From Acidobacteriota bacterium (GTDB lineage Bacteria > Acidobacteriota > Vicinamibacteria > Vicinamibacterales > UBA2999): 64,000 bases of DNA. Where the stretch lies: assembly GCA_023265015.1 (NCBI GenBank), contig JAHFUO010000003.1, forward strand, positions 2,866-66,865, in the 5' to 3' direction. Made by a program: the position numbers and the translations under genes. The notes under the pieces were generated by a model, which saw only the letters and a program-made list of their open reading frames with translations, had not been told where the DNA came from and made no database searches. Positions 20,872-28,857 of this stretch are shown piece after piece. Within the stretch, counting starts at the first letter, position 1; each line of letters opens with the position of its first letter.

Positions 20872-21859
20872 GCGAGTGTCCGAGTATCAGCCGGTCGATG
20901 TCAGCCGGCTGCGCCCCGGGCGCTCGTACAAGAGCCTGATCGAGAAGCGCACGCACCCGATCGACGATCTCGTCGCGCGGTTCGGCCGCATTCCCGAGCA
21001 GCTGCTCACGCGCCGCGCATGTCCCACGTGCGGCAGCACGGACGAGTCGCTCGAGCTCGAGAAGGATCACATGCGGATCGTCCGCTGCAAGGCGTGCGAT
21101 CTCGTGTACGTGAATCCCACGTTCGACGAGGCGCACTACAAGGAGGTCTACGCGTCACAGGCGTACCAGGACATCGTTCGCGATCTCGGCATCACCAGCC
21201 ACGAGTATCGCGCGGGACGATTCGGAACCGAGCGCGTCGGCCTGATGGCAGAGCACCTCCGCATGCCCAACGGCAGCACGCCGCGCTATCTCGACGTCGG
21301 ATGCAGCACCGGGTTCGTCGTGGAAGCGGCGCGCGACAAGGGGTGGGATGCGATCGGCATCGATCTCAATCCATCTGCGATTGAGTACGGCCGCACCCGG
21401 GGTCTCGATCTTCGCACCGTCGCACTCGAGGATGCGGGTTTCGCACCGGCCAGCTTCGACGCCGTGTCGCTCTTCGATGTGCTCGAGCATCTGCTCGATC
21501 CGCGGCGAACGCTCCGCGCGTGCGCGGATCTGCTGGCGCCGGGCGGCATCCTGTTTCTCTATGTGCCGAACTTCGACTCCGCATCGCGACTGCTGATGGG
21601 CGCCAACGCGCACTTCATCTGGCCGACGCATCACCTGAACTACTACACGCCCACGACGATCCGCGACCTGATGCTGCGCCACGGCCTCACGCCGGAGCTG
21701 ATCGTCACCGAGGGGCTCGATATCGAGGACTACCTCTGGTACCGCCGCGAGGTCCTCAATCGCAGCGACGATGGGATGGCGGAGATCGCGGACGTGCTGC
21801 AGTTCCTCGCGAACGCCGGCTGCTACGGGAAAAACCTGAGGGTGATCGCGCGCAAATGA
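20855..21859 (+). CDS. SAM-dependent methyltransferase with N-terminal zinc ribbon
   Basis: CPTCGS...CKACDLVYVNP; YLDVGCSTGFVVEAA...FDAVSLFDVLEHLLDP...GGILFLYVPN...HHLNYYT. Confidence 0.8.
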   Translation: MQIPYRRVSEYQPVDVSRLRPGRSYKSLIEKRTHPIDDLVARFGRIPEQLLTRRACPTCGSTDESLELEKDHMRIVRCKACDLVYVNPTFDEAHYKEVYASQAYQDIVRDLGITSHEYRAGRFGTERVGLMAEHLRMPNGSTPRYLDVGCSTGFVVEAARDKGWDAIGIDLNPSAIEYGRTRGLDLRTVALEDAGFAPASFDAVSLFDVLEHLLDPRRTLRACADLLAPGGILFLYVPNFDSASRLLMGANAHFIWPTHHLNYYTPTTIRDLMLRHGLTPELIVTEGLDIEDYLWYRREVLNRSDDGMAEIADVLQFLANAGCYGKNLRVIARK

Positions 21860-23604
21860 AGTTTCTCTTTACCGCGCTGCATTTTGCGAACTACCGGAAC
21901 TTCGAGTCGGTGATCCGCGATCTTGCGTCGCGCGGCCACGAAGTGCACCTCCTGGCCGACGAGGAGGAGAGCTTTGGCGGACAGGCGCTCGTCGAGCGGC
22001 TCGCGGCCGAGTACCCGGCCGTCACGTGGGGCTGGACGCCGTCGCCGGCGGAGGAGCCGTGGTTTCCCGTCGCGCAGAAGCTCCGGTTCGCGCTCGACTA
22101 CGTCCGCTACCTCGATCCGCAGTACGCCGAAGCAAGAAAACTGCGGCTGCGCAACATCGAGCGCACGCCGCGCATCGTGCGCTGGATGACGTCAGGCATC
22201 GGTGGCGCCGTTGTCGGACACCGTGCCATCGCGGGCGTCCTCAAGGCCGCGGAGCGGATGCTGCCGCGCAGTCGCGCGATCACGCGGATGCTCGAAGAGC
22301 AACGTCCCGACGCCGTGCTGCTGACGTCGCTCACGTTCTCGCGCTCGCTCGCGATGGACCAGTTGAAAGCGGCACGCGCGCTCGGCATTCCGACCGCGGC
22401 ATGCATCATGAGCTGGGACCATCTCTCGAGCAAGGCGCTTGTGCACATTCCGCCCGACAAGACGATCGTCTGGAACGACGTGCAGAAGCGCGAGGCGTCG
22501 GAGATGCACGGCATCCGCGACGACAGCGTCGTCGTCACCGGCGCGCAGTGTTACGACCAGTGGTTCGAGAAGAAGCCTGCGCGCTCGCGCGAGGAGTTCT
22601 GCCGGGCGGTGGGCCTCGATCCGTCGAAGCCGTTTGTGCTCTACGTCTGCTCGGCCATGAGTCCGGTGCCGGATCCGGTCGAACCCGTGTTCGTGAAGGA
22701 GTGGATCGAGGCGGTGCGCGCGAGCGGCGATCCGGCGCTGCGGACCGCGGGCGTGCTCGTCCGCCCGCACCCCGAGCGGGTCCGCGAGTGGAGCGGCGTC
22801 AGCCTCGACGGTCTCGAGCACGTCGTCGTGCACGGGCGCACGCCGATCGACAGCGACGCCAAGGCCGATTATTTCGACTCGCTGTACTACAGCAGCGCGG
22901 TCGTGGGTCTGTGCACCAGCGTGTTTGTCGAGGCGGCGATCGTCGGTCGTCCCGTGCTGACAATGCTGTTGCCCGCGTATCGCATGCACCAGGACGGCAT
23001 GGCGCACTTCCGCTACCTGCTGAACGTCGAAGGCGGATTGCTTCACACGGCGCCCGACGTCCCCGCGCACCTCGCGCAGCTGGCTGACGCGATGAAGGAC
23101 GCCGGCTCGCGCGATGCGCGCAATCGCCGCTTCCTCACCGCGTTCGTCCGCCCGCAGGGGCTCGACATGCCATCTACGCCGCGCTTCGTTGAAGCGGCGG
23201 AGCAGCTGGCACGAAGCGGCCGCCGCGATCCGGATCCACTGTTGACGCGCCCATCGCCGATCCGCGCGATCGTCGGGCGTCTTGCCGTCGCCGGAACAAG
23301 CGGCATCGGCGCATGGCTGCTGATGGACAGCTTCGACGAGCAGCGTGCCATGAGCGAGCGCGAGCGGGAGCAGCAGAAGCGCGCGGTCCTTGACGAGCGC
23401 GCGGCGCGCTGGGAAGCCGAGCGGCGCGAACGCGACGAGAAGCTGCGGCGCAAGCAGGCGCAGCGCGACGCGAAGACGCGGATCCAGACGAAGAGAGAGC
23501 ACAAGCAGCAGTGGCGGCGCTGGCGCTACGCGCTCGGGACGAGCGGAGCCGTGGCGCGGTTGAAGGGCGGCCTCAAGCTGCTGATCGGGGCGCGCCACCA
23601 GTGA
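21856..23604 (+). CDS. Family A protein (GT-B-like, RPHP motif) with charged C-terminal helix
   Basis: ATGA overlap with the upstream gene. MKFLFTALHFANYRNFESVIRDLASRGHEVHL, SWDHLSSKALV, VTGAQCYDQWF, VLVRPHPERVREW, VVGLCTSVFVEAAIVGRPV, DGMAHFRYLL. Tail SEREREQQKRAVLDERAARWEAERRERDEKLRRKQAQRDAK. Confidence 0.75.
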   Translation: MKFLFTALHFANYRNFESVIRDLASRGHEVHLLADEEESFGGQALVERLAAEYPAVTWGWTPSPAEEPWFPVAQKLRFALDYVRYLDPQYAEARKLRLRNIERTPRIVRWMTSGIGGAVVGHRAIAGVLKAAERMLPRSRAITRMLEEQRPDAVLLTSLTFSRSLAMDQLKAARALGIPTAACIMSWDHLSSKALVHIPPDKTIVWNDVQKREASEMHGIRDDSVVVTGAQCYDQWFEKKPARSREEFCRAVGLDPSKPFVLYVCSAMSPVPDPVEPVFVKEWIEAVRASGDPALRTAGVLVRPHPERVREWSGVSLDGLEHVVVHGRTPIDSDAKADYFDSLYYSSAVVGLCTSVFVEAAIVGRPVLTMLLPAYRMHQDGMAHFRYLLNVEGGLLHTAPDVPAHLAQLADAMKDAGSRDARNRRFLTAFVRPQGLDMPSTPRFVEAAEQLARSGRRDPDPLLTRPSPIRAIVGRLAVAGTSGIGAWLLMDSFDEQRAMSEREREQQKRAVLDERAARWEAERRERDEKLRRKQAQRDAKTRIQTKREHKQQWRRWRYALGTSGAVARLKGGLKLLIGARHQ

Positions 23605-24626
23605 CGCCGCGCACCGTGCTCGGCATGACGCTCTACAACAACGCAGGGCATCTGCGCGAAGCAACCGACTCGATCCTCGCCCAGACGAACGCCGACTTCG
23701 CGCTGTTGATGCTCGACGATGGATCGAGCGACGAGGCGGAGGCGATCGCGCGCGAATACGAGCGGCGCGATGCACGCGTGCGCTACCGGCGGCATGGGCA
23801 GCGGCAGGGGATGGTGCCCACCTGGAAGGAAGTGGTCGAGATCGCCCGCCGGGAATATCCGCACGCCGAGTATTTCTCGTGGGTCAGCGATCACGATCGC
23901 TGGAATCCGCAGTGGCTCGCGCGCATGGTTGCGGAGCTCGACGCGCATCCTGCGGTGGTGCTCGCGTACCCGTTCACGCTGCGCATCGATGAACACGGAG
24001 AGCTGACGGATAAGGAGCCGCGAGTGTTCGACACGGCAGGCGTTGCGGATCAACGCGAACGCTGGCGCCGCTTCTGCTGGAACGGCTTCGGTTCGGGCGA
24101 CATGGTGTACGGCCTGATGCGCCTTCGAGCGCTGGAAGCGGCCGGCATCTTTCGTCCCGTGCTCAACCCCGATCGCCTGCTCATCGCGGAGCTCACGCTT
24201 CAGGGCGAGGTTCGGCAGGTCGCGGAGCCGCTGTGGTCGCGCAGGCAATCGAGCGTCGGCAGCGTGACGCGTCAGGGCGCCTCGCTCTTCGCCGGCGAGA
24301 CGCCGCCGCGCTTCGCGTGGCCTCCCTCACTCCAGCACGCCGTGATCCTGCGGCGCGGGGGCGTTGGGGCGTCGATGATTGCGACCTACGTCGTTGCCTC
24401 GGCCTGGCGCGCCACGCGCAAGACCGACACGTCGAAGAGCATCGGCCGCGGCGCCGACCACGCGCACTTCGTGAAGAAGGTCGTCAAGAAGGCCTTTCGC
24501 CACGCCGTCTACTGCACGCTGGTCGGTGCGCGCATGCTGGCCGGACGCAGCCGCCGCATCGGCCGCAAGGTCGTCTACGAAATCCTGATGTTCACGCACC
24601 GCACGGGGCTGCGCGGCAACAAGTGA
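23601..24626 (+). CDS. GT2-family glycosyltransferase
   Basis: LGMTLYNNAGHLREATDSILAQTNADFALLMLDDGSSDEAEAIAREY...WVSDHDRW. Start placed at GTG 23601 (GTGA overlap). Confidence 0.7.
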   Translation: MTPRTVLGMTLYNNAGHLREATDSILAQTNADFALLMLDDGSSDEAEAIAREYERRDARVRYRRHGQRQGMVPTWKEVVEIARREYPHAEYFSWVSDHDRWNPQWLARMVAELDAHPAVVLAYPFTLRIDEHGELTDKEPRVFDTAGVADQRERWRRFCWNGFGSGDMVYGLMRLRALEAAGIFRPVLNPDRLLIAELTLQGEVRQVAEPLWSRRQSSVGSVTRQGASLFAGETPPRFAWPPSLQHAVILRRGGVGASMIATYVVASAWRATRKTDTSKSIGRGADHAHFVKKVVKKAFRHAVYCTLVGARMLAGRSRRIGRKVVYEILMFTHRTGLRGNK

Positions 24627-26185
24627 AGGTCCTGTTCGCCGCGCTGCATTACGGCTACTTCCGGAACCTCGAGTCGGTGGTCGACGAGCTCGCGCGGCGC
24701 GGGCACGACATTCATCTGACCGCCGAGCGCCCCGACTCGGCGTTGGGCGGGCGCTCGATCGTCGAGCGGCTGGCGGCCAGCCACGGACACGTCACGTTCG
24801 GCATGATGCCGCGGCGCGAGCGCGCGTATTTCTTTCTTGCCTCGAAGCTTCGACTCTCGCTCGACTACCTCCGCTACCTGCAGCCCGCCTACGCGAAAAC
24901 ACCGGCGCTTCGCCGCCGCGCGCGCGTGCGGACGCCCCGCGGCCTGCTCCGGGTGCTGCGCCTGCCGCTGCTGGCGACGCCCGGCGGCCGGCGGCTCGTG
25001 TCGCGCGCGCTCGACAGCGTCGATCACGCGATTCCGCCAAGCCCCGCCATCGATCGGTTCGTCGACGAGCAGCGTCCCGACCTCGTGATCATCACCCCGC
25101 TCGTCGGCGTCGTCGCCTCGTCGCAGCTCGACCTGCTGCGCAGCGTGCAGGCGCGACGCGTGCCTGCGGCCGTCTGCGTGTGGAGCTGGGATCACCTCTC
25201 GAGCAAGGCGATCATCCGCGACCTTCCCGATCGCCTGCTCGTCTGGAACGACGTGCAGAAGCGAGAAGCGATCGAGATGCACGGCGTTCCCCCCGATCGC
25301 GTCGTCGTCACCGGCGCCCAGTGTTTCGATCGCTGGTTCGATCGGCAGCCGGCGCGCGGTCGCGCGGAGTTCGCGCGCCGCGTCGGGTTTCCCGACGATC
25401 GGCCCTACGTGCTGTGGGTGTGTTCAGCGCTCTTTCCCGGGAGCCCGTCGGAAGCGGAGTTCGTGATGAAGTGGGCCGCGCACCTGCGCGCCTCGTCCGA
25501 TCCGCGCATCCACGGGGCGGCGATTCTGATTCGCCCGCATCCCTCGCGTGCGCGCGAGTGGGAGTCCGTTGACTGGCGCAGCGTCAGCGGCGTGGCGTTC
25601 CGGGGAGGCAACCCGATAGACGAGGAGTCGCGCGGGGACTACTACGATTCGCTGCACCACAGCGCCGCCGTTGTGGGCCTCAACACCAGCGCGTTCATCG
25701 AGGCCGGCATCGCGCAGCGTCCGGTGATGGCGATTCTCCCCGCGGAGTTCAAGGCAAACCAGGAAGGGACGCTGCACTTCCGCTACCTGACTGAAGGCGG
25801 ATTGCTGACCACGTCGCGATCGCTCGACGAGCACGAGCGTCAGCTTGCCGCGATTCTCGCGGGCCCGCCGACCTCCGTCATGCAGCGGCAGCGGGGATTC
25901 ATCGAGTCGTTCGTGCGGCCGCGAGGCCTGACCGTGTCGGCGACGACGGTCATGGCCGACGAGCTGGAGCAGCTGGCAGCGGCCGGGCCGGCGCGCGCGC
26001 CGAGCGCCGTGCCGCTGACCGGCAGGCTCGGGCTCGCGATGCTTCGCGCGTTCGCGCGCGTCCCGGTGGGACGCCGGCTGCTGCTCGACGAGCGCGAGGT
26101 CAAGGCCAGGAAGCGGCGCGCCGAAGAGGAAGGACGAAGCGCCAAGAAAGAAGAGCCGCGCGGAGCCGCCGACATCGCCCGATGA
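24623..26185 (+). CDS. Family A protein (GT-B-like, RPHP motif)
   Basis: GTG 24623 (GTGA overlap). VKVLFAALHYGYFRNLESVVDELARRGHDIHL, SWDHLSSKAII, VTGAQCFDRWF, ILIRPHPSRAREW, VVGLNTSAFIEAGIAQRPV, EGTLHFRYL. Basic tail KARKRRAEEEGRSAKKEE. Confidence 0.75.
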   Translation: MKVLFAALHYGYFRNLESVVDELARRGHDIHLTAERPDSALGGRSIVERLAASHGHVTFGMMPRRERAYFFLASKLRLSLDYLRYLQPAYAKTPALRRRARVRTPRGLLRVLRLPLLATPGGRRLVSRALDSVDHAIPPSPAIDRFVDEQRPDLVIITPLVGVVASSQLDLLRSVQARRVPAAVCVWSWDHLSSKAIIRDLPDRLLVWNDVQKREAIEMHGVPPDRVVVTGAQCFDRWFDRQPARGRAEFARRVGFPDDRPYVLWVCSALFPGSPSEAEFVMKWAAHLRASSDPRIHGAAILIRPHPSRAREWESVDWRSVSGVAFRGGNPIDEESRGDYYDSLHHSAAVVGLNTSAFIEAGIAQRPVMAILPAEFKANQEGTLHFRYLTEGGLLTTSRSLDEHERQLAAILAGPPTSVMQRQRGFIESFVRPRGLTVSATTVMADELEQLAAAGPARAPSAVPLTGRLGLAMLRAFARVPVGRRLLLDEREVKARKRRAEEEGRSAKKEEPRGAADIAR

Positions 26186-28857
26186 AGATCCTCCTTTTCG
26201 TGCGGCACTATTCGTACCTGCGGCTGTTCGAGTCGGGGATCACCGAGCTCGCGCGGCGCGGGCATCGGATCCATCTCTCCGCCGATCGCGAAGAGTCGAT
26301 GGGCGGCCGCCGCATGGCCGAGCGCCTCGCGGAGACGCATCCGAACATCACGCTCGGGACGACCCCGGGCCGGGCGCCGGGCGCGTGGGCGGAGTTCGCG
26401 AGGCGCCTGCGCCTCGGGATTGATTACCTCCGGTATCTCGATCCGCGGTACGACAACACGCCGCACCTCAAGGCGCGGGCGCGCGATCGCGCGCCGCGCA
26501 GTGTCGTGGCGATTGCGGAGCACCTCCAGGGCACACACGCGCGTGACCTGCTCGCGCGCGTGCTGCGCACGCTCGAGCGTGGGGTGCCGCCGAGCGCGCA
26601 TCTCGAGAACTGCATCCGGCAGCAGGCGCCCGACATCGTGCTGATCACACCGCTCGTGGAGCTCGGGTCCCCGCAGATGGATCATCTGGCGGCCGCCAAG
26701 GCGCTCGGTGTGCGCACCGCGCTGCCGGTGGCGAGCTGGGATCACCTGTCGAGCAAGGCGGTCGTGCGGAACCATCCCGACATGCTGCTGGTCTGGAACG
26801 ACATCCAGAAGCAGGAAGCGATCGAGATGCACGGCGTGGCGCCTGAGCGGGTCGTCGTCACCGGCGCGCATTGCTACGACCAGTGGTTCGACCGCGCGCC
26901 CTCGTGCAGCCGCGAGAGCTTCTGCTCGCGCGTGGGCCTGCGGTCCGACCGCCCGTTCGTGTTGTATCTCTGCTCGTCGCTGTTCCGCGGCACCGCGAGC
27001 GAGGCGGCGTTTGTCGAGCGATGGGTCGAGGCGATCCGCACGAGCGCCGATCCGCGGCTGAAGGACATCGGCATCCTGATCCGGCCGCATCCGGTGCGCC
27101 TCGACGAGTGGAAGGAGATCGACCTCTCCGGATACAGAAACATCGCATTCTGGGGCGCGCACCCGGTCGATGACGAGGCGAAGAACGACTACTTCGACTC
27201 GATGTATTACAGCGCCGGCGTCGTCGGCCTGAACACGAGCGCCTTCCTCGAAGCGGCCGTCGTCGAGAAGCCTGTCCACACGGTGCTCGTCGACGACATC
27301 TCGCGGCACAACCAGGAAGGGACGATTCACTTCCACTATCTGCTCGACGTGAACGGCGGCCTGCTGCGCGTGGCGCGCACGCTCGATGAGCACGTGCGCC
27401 TGCTTGCGGATTCGCTCGCGCCGGAAGGCGGCGGCGATACGAAGGCGCACCGCTTCGTCGAAGGCTTCATCCGTCCGTTCGGCGCGACCGTGCCGGCGAC
27501 GCCGCGCTTCGCGGACGCGCTCGAGACGCTCGGCGCATCGCCGTCGCCTCGTCCTGTCGGCGACGGGCTGACCGAGCGCGTCCTGCGCCTCGTGTTGTAT
27601 CCAGCGGTTGGCGCGCTGCAATTGCTCCTGGTGACGCAGCCGCATCGGAAGCGGGTGCGGCTGCAGCTTCGCAAGTGGTTCCAGGATGGCCGCCGCCGCG
27701 TGTTCGTGACGCTGAAGCAGTTCGCCCAGAACCAGCTTGGCGAAAAGGAGCTGACCGCGGCGCCGCTCGGACCGCCGTCGGCGCTCACGCCGAAGCCTGG
27801 CCGACCGCGCGATCCCGCGAAGAAGCTCGCCGGCTGGAACCTGCCGGAGGCCGAAGAGACGCGCGAGCTGATCACCGCCCTCGGTCGAAGCGGCCGGCCG
27901 ATCCTGATCGGGCCGTGGCTCTCGGAGGCGGGATTCGAGCTGCTCTACTGGATTCCGTTCCTCGCCTGGGCGAAGGCGTACGGCAATCTCGATCCGTCAC
28001 AGCTCGTCGTGATCTCGCGCGGCGGCGCCTCGTCCTGGTATCGCGACGTCACGACCAACTACGAAGACGTCCTGTCGTTCTACACGCCCGACCAGTTCCG
28101 CGCGCGCAACGAGGCGCGCATCATCGAGCAGCGCGGCCGGATGAAGCACGTTGAGATCTCGAGCTTCGACCGCGAGATCATCGCGAAGGTCACCGAGAAG
28201 CGCGGGCTGAGCGGCGTCCGCCTGCTGCATCCGTCGACGATGTACCGGTTGTTCGATCATTTCTGGTTCCAGCGTGTGCCGGTGACGCTGATCGAGGCGT
28301 TCACGTCGTTCGGCCCGCTGCCGCCGGTCGAGATCGGCGACCTTCGAGGCCGCCTGCCGGAGCGCTACGTGGCCGCGAAGTTCTACGGCAACACGGCGCT
28401 GCCCGACACCCCGGAAAACCATGCGTTCGTCGCGTCGTACCTCGAGGAGCTGACACGGCACATCGACGTCGTGCTGCTCAACACCGGGCACCGGTTCGAT
28501 GACCACGAGGACATGCCGCGCGTGAATCGAAGCCGGATTCACACGGTTGATCACCTGATGACGCCGGCGACGAACCTCGACGTGCAGACGCGGATCATCG
28601 CGGGCGCCGAGGCATACGTCGGCACGTATGGCGGCTTCTCGTACGTGGCGCCGCTCGCCGGCACGCACGCGCTCACGTTCTACTCGCACATCACCGGCTT
28701 CCGCTTCGACCACCTCGAGGTGGCCAAGCGCGTCTTCTCCGGCCTGAAGCAGGGGAGCTTCGTCGAGGTCGATCTGCGGTCGGTCGATCTGCTGCGCCTC
28801 GGGTTTGGCGGCGGTTCTCCTGTGACCGATGCCCTGGCTGGGGTGACTCGAGGGTGA
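26182..28857 (+). CDS. Family A - family B fusion protein (891 aa)
   Basis: A module, ~26182-27560: MKILLFVRHYSYLRLFESGITELARRGHRIHL, SWDHLSSKAVV, VTGAHCYDQWF, ILIRPHPVRLDEW, EGTIHFHYLL. B module, ~27830-28857: ILIGPWLSEAGFELLYWIPFLAWA, VISRGGASSWY, LLHPSTMYRL, ERYVAAKFYG, AYVGTYGGFSYVAPLAGT. One uninterrupted ORF. Confidence 0.8.
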   Translation: MKILLFVRHYSYLRLFESGITELARRGHRIHLSADREESMGGRRMAERLAETHPNITLGTTPGRAPGAWAEFARRLRLGIDYLRYLDPRYDNTPHLKARARDRAPRSVVAIAEHLQGTHARDLLARVLRTLERGVPPSAHLENCIRQQAPDIVLITPLVELGSPQMDHLAAAKALGVRTALPVASWDHLSSKAVVRNHPDMLLVWNDIQKQEAIEMHGVAPERVVVTGAHCYDQWFDRAPSCSRESFCSRVGLRSDRPFVLYLCSSLFRGTASEAAFVERWVEAIRTSADPRLKDIGILIRPHPVRLDEWKEIDLSGYRNIAFWGAHPVDDEAKNDYFDSMYYSAGVVGLNTSAFLEAAVVEKPVHTVLVDDISRHNQEGTIHFHYLLDVNGGLLRVARTLDEHVRLLADSLAPEGGGDTKAHRFVEGFIRPFGATVPATPRFADALETLGASPSPRPVGDGLTERVLRLVLYPAVGALQLLLVTQPHRKRVRLQLRKWFQDGRRRVFVTLKQFAQNQLGEKELTAAPLGPPSALTPKPGRPRDPAKKLAGWNLPEAEETRELITALGRSGRPILIGPWLSEAGFELLYWIPFLAWAKAYGNLDPSQLVVISRGGASSWYRDVTTNYEDVLSFYTPDQFRARNEARIIEQRGRMKHVEISSFDREIIAKVTEKRGLSGVRLLHPSTMYRLFDHFWFQRVPVTLIEAFTSFGPLPPVEIGDLRGRLPERYVAAKFYGNTALPDTPENHAFVASYLEELTRHIDVVLLNTGHRFDDHEDMPRVNRSRIHTVDHLMTPATNLDVQTRIIAGAEAYVGTYGGFSYVAPLAGTHALTFYSHITGFRFDHLEVAKRVFSGLKQGSFVEVDLRSVDLLRLGFGGGSPVTDALAGVTRG

